Source: Spirochaetia bacterium
GTDB taxonomy: Bacteria > Spirochaetota > Spirochaetia > DSM-2461
Assembly (NCBI GenBank): GCA_963666985.2
Contig: CAXXIA010000001.1
Span: 864,001 to 928,000 of the forward strand
Reading direction: 5' to 3'
DNA length: 64,000 bases
Both the position numbers and the translations under genes were made by a program. Positions within the stretch are counted from its first letter, which is position 1. The number at the start of each line of letters is the position of its first letter. Under the pieces are notes generated by a model. The model saw nothing but the letters and a program-made list of their open reading frames with translations. It was not told where the DNA came from and made no database searches. This document shows positions 60,043 to 64,000 of this stretch, piece by piece.

Positions 60043-61765
60043 GGGGCTGTCTCATTAGTTTGAGACAGCCCCTTTTAAAATTTGGTTGACCTCCGAAGAC
60101 GGGAGGTTCCCTCCCATCCCCTTATCGTTTCTGTAGCTTCCTCATGTTATGAGCCATACTCAACAGTCCCCATTCAGTACTGACCATCTTCAATCCCCTG
60201 GTTCGGAATCTCCGAAATCCCATATTCGTCTTGATATCTCCGAATACAGATTCGACTTCAATCGGCCTGAGAGAGCGCATTCTCAGTCCTTCCTCTGAAG
60301 TCAGCAACTTGCGCACTTCAGACTTATGCCGTTCCAGGTTTGGACGAACCGTCAGGATGCGCTCTTTGCCTCCGTATTTGCAGCACCGGATTCGGAGAGA
60401 ACACCTTTGGCATCCAGGGCCTGTATACCTTTTTTCAGTGGTCGGAAATCCTGAACCTGTTTTCGAGATTCTGGTCTCCTCGTGTTTGAATCGGCGACCC
60501 TTGGGGCACCGGTATGTATCATCAGAGGCACGATAGTCCCAGTTCTCTTTCATATGAATCTGCTTCTTGAACTTCCGTTTCCGCTCCCTGTGGAAGTAGC
60601 TGAACTTGATGTACTTCTCGACACCATGATCCTCACACCACTGGTAGTTCTCTTCACTACCATATCCTGAATCAGCAATGATTCTTTTCGGATAGCGTTT
60701 CAGATTCTTTTTCAGTTTCTCCATATGTAGCGGCAATGTCAGGGAGTCACCGGGACTCTGGTGGATGCTATATCCGAGGATGAACTGGTTCTCAGTACCC
60801 ATTTGGATGTTGTACCCGGGCTTGAGCTGACCATTTTTCATATAGTCTTCTTTCATCCGCATGAAAGTCGCATCATAGTCTGTTTTCGAGTAACTATTTC
60901 GGTCGCCGAGGATTCTCTTCTGCTGCTCATACTTTTTGGCACGAGGGAGATAGTCCTTGCTAGCGGTATTCAATCTCCGTTGAATCTCCTTCTTTTCTCG
61001 CTCCTCCCGATCCTTGCGCAGCTCTTCATTGAGCTTGGATACCGCATCTTCGAGAATCTCCGACATCGGCCTGCCTTGAGGATCCACATGGGGAAGGTCA
61101 TGGTCGCCGTACTTCTCATCCTCTTCTTCATTGATGCGGTCGATGTATTCGAAAAGCTCATCCATATTGCCGGCCAGGCGCTTCTGGAACTTGTCTGTCG
61201 CCCGGCCCCATACCCATGTGTATTTGTTAGCTGCTGATTCGATTTTTGTGCCGTCGAGAAAGTAGTTCTCCATCTGGACATGTCCGCTCTCGATGAGGCT
61301 GTTGGCCATTGAGGCAAAGATTTTCTCGATGCTCTTCTTCAATGGACCGTTACGAAATCTGTTTATCGTGTGGAAATCAGGACGGTTATTACCACTGATC
61401 CACATGAAGCATATCTGCTCACGAAGAGCGTCTGCGATTTGACGACAGGAATACAGCTGTTTCGAGTAGGCCAACACCAGAACCTTCAGCATCATCACCG
61501 GGTGGTAGCTGCTGGCACCGCCTCCCGGATAGGCGTTGAAGAGCTCACTGGTATCCATCGTGTCGATGAAGTTGTTGATTGTGCGGGATATATGGTTTGC
61601 GGGAAGCAGTTCATCGAGACTTGGAGGCAGGAGCATCTGTTGGCTGATTTCGTAATCTTTGAATGTAGCCTTCTTTTTAGTGTCCATGAAGAATTCTACC
61701 ACCCTTGAATTCAGAAGGGAATTCTTCCAGACATGAAAAAGGGCCGCCTCTTATGAGACAGCCCC
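60043..61765 (-). mobile_element. IS1182-family insertion sequence
   Basis: Terminal inverted repeats GGGGCTGTCTCAT (60043-60055) and ATGAGACAGCCCC (61753-61765) flank a single transposase ORF; exact ends uncertain by 1-2 nt. Confidence 0.88.
60122..61687 (-). CDS. IS1182-family DDE transposase
   Basis: YHPVMMLKVL...SCRQI, RPDFHTINRFR, LDGTKIE, KTDYDATFMRMK, ADSGYGSE, VESVFGDIK. Confidence 0.93.
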   Translation of the reverse strand: MDTKKKATFKDYEISQQMLLPPSLDELLPANHISRTINNFIDTMDTSELFNAYPGGGASSYHPVMMLKVLVLAYSKQLYSCRQIADALREQICFMWISGNNRPDFHTINRFRNGPLKKSIEKIFASMANSLIESGHVQMENYFLDGTKIESAANKYTWVWGRATDKFQKRLAGNMDELFEYIDRINEEEDEKYGDHDLPHVDPQGRPMSEILEDAVSKLNEELRKDREEREKKEIQRRLNTASKDYLPRAKKYEQQKRILGDRNSYSKTDYDATFMRMKEDYMKNGQLKPGYNIQMGTENQFILGYSIHQSPGDSLTLPLHMEKLKKNLKRYPKRIIADSGYGSEENYQWCEDHGVEKYIKFSYFHRERKRKFKKQIHMKENWDYRASDDTYRCPKGRRFKHEETRISKTGSGFPTTEKRYTGPGCQRCSLRIRCCKYGGKERILTVRPNLERHKSEVRKLLTSEEGLRMRSLRPIEVESVFGDIKTNMGFRRFRTRGLKMVSTEWGLLSMAHNMRKLQKR

Positions 61766-61779
61766 GTTTTTTTTAGCCT

Positions 61780-63141
61780 TTAACTTTTTCTTTGGTCCAT
61801 CGGCGTGTATTCGCGCTGCCGTGTAATGCTTCTGTATGCCGGGCGTATGATGCGGCCGCCGGATACGATTTCCTCAACGATATGAGCGCTCCAGCCTGCG
61901 ATACGGGAAATGGCGAAGATGGGCGTGAAGAGTTCTCTGGGAAGATTCAGAAGACAGTAAACGAAACCGGAATAGAAATCGACATTGGCGCAAAGATCCT
62001 TTTTATTGCCGGTCACTTCGGCGAAAAGGCCGGGTGTGACTTTCTCAACAATTGTATAGAGTTCGTATTCTTTCTGTCTGCCGGCGACGGCGGCAAGTTC
62101 GGCCGCCTTATCCTTAAGAAGTTCCGCTCTCGGATCGGAAAGTGTGTAGACGGCATGCCCCATGCCGTACACAAGGCCGCTGCCGTCGAAGGCCTCTTTC
62201 TTCAGGATTTTTTTTACATAAGCGGAGACTTCTTCCTCATCACCCCAGTCCTGAACGTGATCTTCGATATCTTTCATCATGGTTCGCACGCTGATGGCCG
62301 CGCCGCCGTGCAGCGGTCCTTTCAGTGATCCGACCGCCGCCGCGATGGCGGAATAAATATCGGTTCCCGTTGAGGCTACGACATGAGTACTGAAAGCCGA
62401 ATTGTTTCCCCCGCCGTGCTCGGCATGCAGAACAAGACACAGATCAAGGATTTCGGCTTCTTGACGCGTGTATTTCTGATCTTCCCGAATCATGCTTAAG
62501 AAATTCTCCGCGGTACTTTTGGAAGGATCCGGGGCGTGGAGAAATAAACTGCTTCCATTGTAATAATGGTTTTTCGCCTGGAACGCATACGCCACGATGG
62601 ACGGAAATCGGCTGATCAGTTCAACACCTTGTCTGAGAACATTGGCCACTTTGGTGGAGTCGGCGTTGTTGTCGAAGGAGTAAAGGGAGAGAACCGATCT
62701 GGCCAGCTTATTCATGATGTTGTTGCTGGGAGCTTTCATAATCATATCTTCGGTGAAGTTATCGGGAAGAATTCTAAGCCGCCCCAATCGCTCTTCGAAG
62801 CAGGAAAGTTCCGCTTTATCGGGAAGATAACCGAAAAGCAGAAGAAACACCGTTTCTTCAAAACCGAAACGGTGTTCATCCTGAAATCCTTTAACAATGT
62901 CTTTAATGTCTATACCGCGATACCGGAGCACACCGGGAACGGAAACTTTTTCGCCTTCATCCACGATATATCCGTGTACTTGGCCGACTTCCGTTAATCC
63001 GACGAGAACGCCGGTTCCGTCGGCATTCCTCAGGCCTCTTTTAACCGAATACTTCTCGTAAAGTTCCGCGGGGATGCGGTTCTGGCGGTCGGCGATTTCC
63101 GCAAATTTAATCAGGAAGTGATCGTTTTCTTTCTCGGTCAT
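61780..63141 (-). CDS. gltA: Citrate synthase family protein
   Basis: LRYRG, HAEHGGGNNS, GPLHGGA, GMGHAVY...DPR, NVDFYSG. Confidence 0.93.
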   Translation of the reverse strand: MTEKENDHFLIKFAEIADRQNRIPAELYEKYSVKRGLRNADGTGVLVGLTEVGQVHGYIVDEGEKVSVPGVLRYRGIDIKDIVKGFQDEHRFGFEETVFLLLFGYLPDKAELSCFEERLGRLRILPDNFTEDMIMKAPSNNIMNKLARSVLSLYSFDNNADSTKVANVLRQGVELISRFPSIVAYAFQAKNHYYNGSSLFLHAPDPSKSTAENFLSMIREDQKYTRQEAEILDLCLVLHAEHGGGNNSAFSTHVVASTGTDIYSAIAAAVGSLKGPLHGGAAISVRTMMKDIEDHVQDWGDEEEVSAYVKKILKKEAFDGSGLVYGMGHAVYTLSDPRAELLKDKAAELAAVAGRQKEYELYTIVEKVTPGLFAEVTGNKKDLCANVDFYSGFVYCLLNLPRELFTPIFAISRIAGWSAHIVEEIVSGGRIIRPAYRSITRQREYTPMDQRKS

Positions 63142-63818
63142 GGAATCTCCTTTTTGAAAATGATGTCGCGGATCACCCTATCGGCCTTTATTCCGCGGTT
63201 TTCAAATTTTGTATCGGGTCTGTAATCCGGTTTGGCGGCCCAGCGGTCAAAGCTGTTTTGTAATCCGGTCGATTCTTTCAGTACGCCGATAATATGCTCG
63301 GCATAGTCCTCCCAATCCGTGGCGATATGAATATAGCCGCCGTTTTTGAGAGCACACACCATAGAATCGACAAACTTTGGTTGTATCAGTCGTCTCTTAT
63401 GATGACGCTTCTTCGGCCAAGGATCGGGAAACCATATATGGAATCCGTCGATACTCCCTGCGGGAAGCATGTCGGAAACGACTTCTACAGCATCATGCTC
63501 TATAATTCGAATATTTTCCAGCCCCCCCCTCTCCATCCACCAAAGAAGTTTGCCGATGCCGGGCTTGTGAACCTCTACGGCGAGAATACCCCATTCGGGT
63601 TTCATGGCCGCCAATTGCCTGGTGGCATCGCCCATGCCGAATCCGATTTCAACGACAATCCTCTCTTTATCTCCAAACAAAGAGGTGATTTTTACCGGCT
63701 TCCCATAAGGGAGAATCCAGCGGTCCGCCGATTCTTCATAAGCCTTTTTTTGCGCTTCGGACATTCGGGACGCTCTGAGAACATAGCTCTTGATTCGGCG
63801 AGGAGTACTTTTCGGCAT
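63138..63818 (-). CDS. trmB: tRNA (guanine-N7)-methyltransferase
   Basis: VEIGFGMG, FPDPWPKKRHHKRRL, ATDWEDYA, TKFE. Confidence 0.96.
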   Translation of the reverse strand: MPKSTPRRIKSYVLRASRMSEAQKKAYEESADRWILPYGKPVKITSLFGDKERIVVEIGFGMGDATRQLAAMKPEWGILAVEVHKPGIGKLLWWMERGGLENIRIIEHDAVEVVSDMLPAGSIDGFHIWFPDPWPKKRHHKRRLIQPKFVDSMVCALKNGGYIHIATDWEDYAEHIIGVLKESTGLQNSFDRWAAKPDYRPDTKFENRGIKADRVIRDIIFKKEIP

Positions 63819-63824
63819 AGAGAC

Positions 63825-63853
63825 AATTTATACGGCGGCGTGAGGCCTGTCAA
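63825..63853 (-). promoter_or_regulatory. Putative sigma70 promoter for trmB-gltA (leaderless geometry)
   Basis: Minus strand TTGACA-17 nt-TAAATT, 6 nt before ATG. Confidence 0.65.
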
Positions 63854-64000
63854 AGCAAGATTTCGAGTCTTTCCCTCAAGAATTCGGACTTTTCCTTAAG
63901 TCCGATATCTCCCGTTTCGAAAATTAAGCTTTCCGGTTTGGCCGGATTCAGTTTTACCCGGCCTCCGCTCATTTTCATCATGTGCATGACTTTGTCCACG

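Overview
Core-genome segment of a spirochaete (Spirochaetales). The assignment is inferred from a ~900-aa GreA, Borrelia/Treponema-like gene order and spirochaetal lipoboxes. In order the window holds: infB (5'-truncated)-rbfA-truB-rpsO-pnp-dut-propeller lipoprotein-lptF-lptG-tgt-murJ-HEAT protein; convergent TPR-greA; rpe-three uncharacterised/TPR genes-recA-folK-scpA-scpB-rluB-cmk-rpsA; a GAF/sigma54 activator-TPR-CHASE2 adenylate cyclase-lipoprotein block; mazG; a long minus-strand run (MBL hydrolase, small ORF, mltG, dnaG, rpoD, zinc-ribbon protein, RNase P RNA, TPR, mreBCD, mrdA, rodA); tRNA-Thr and tRNA-Tyr; map, glgA, aroH, CAP, HIT, Nudix; two divergent EF-G paralogues; an IS1182-family element; citrate synthase and trmB. 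No CRISPR array, prophage or defence system is visible. The most interesting part is the EF-G locus (54.7-60.0 kb). One paralogue keeps the GTPase motifs but has lost the domain IV motifs, and the other shows the reverse. Each is preceded by a structured non-coding region I cannot assign: an orphan ~170-nt RNA, and a leader that sequesters the SD sequence and start codon. Other candidates are several apparently leaderless genes, a structured rpsO leader, and an IS inserted into a terminator. All calls come from manual reading and motif recognition; no searches or folding programs were run.
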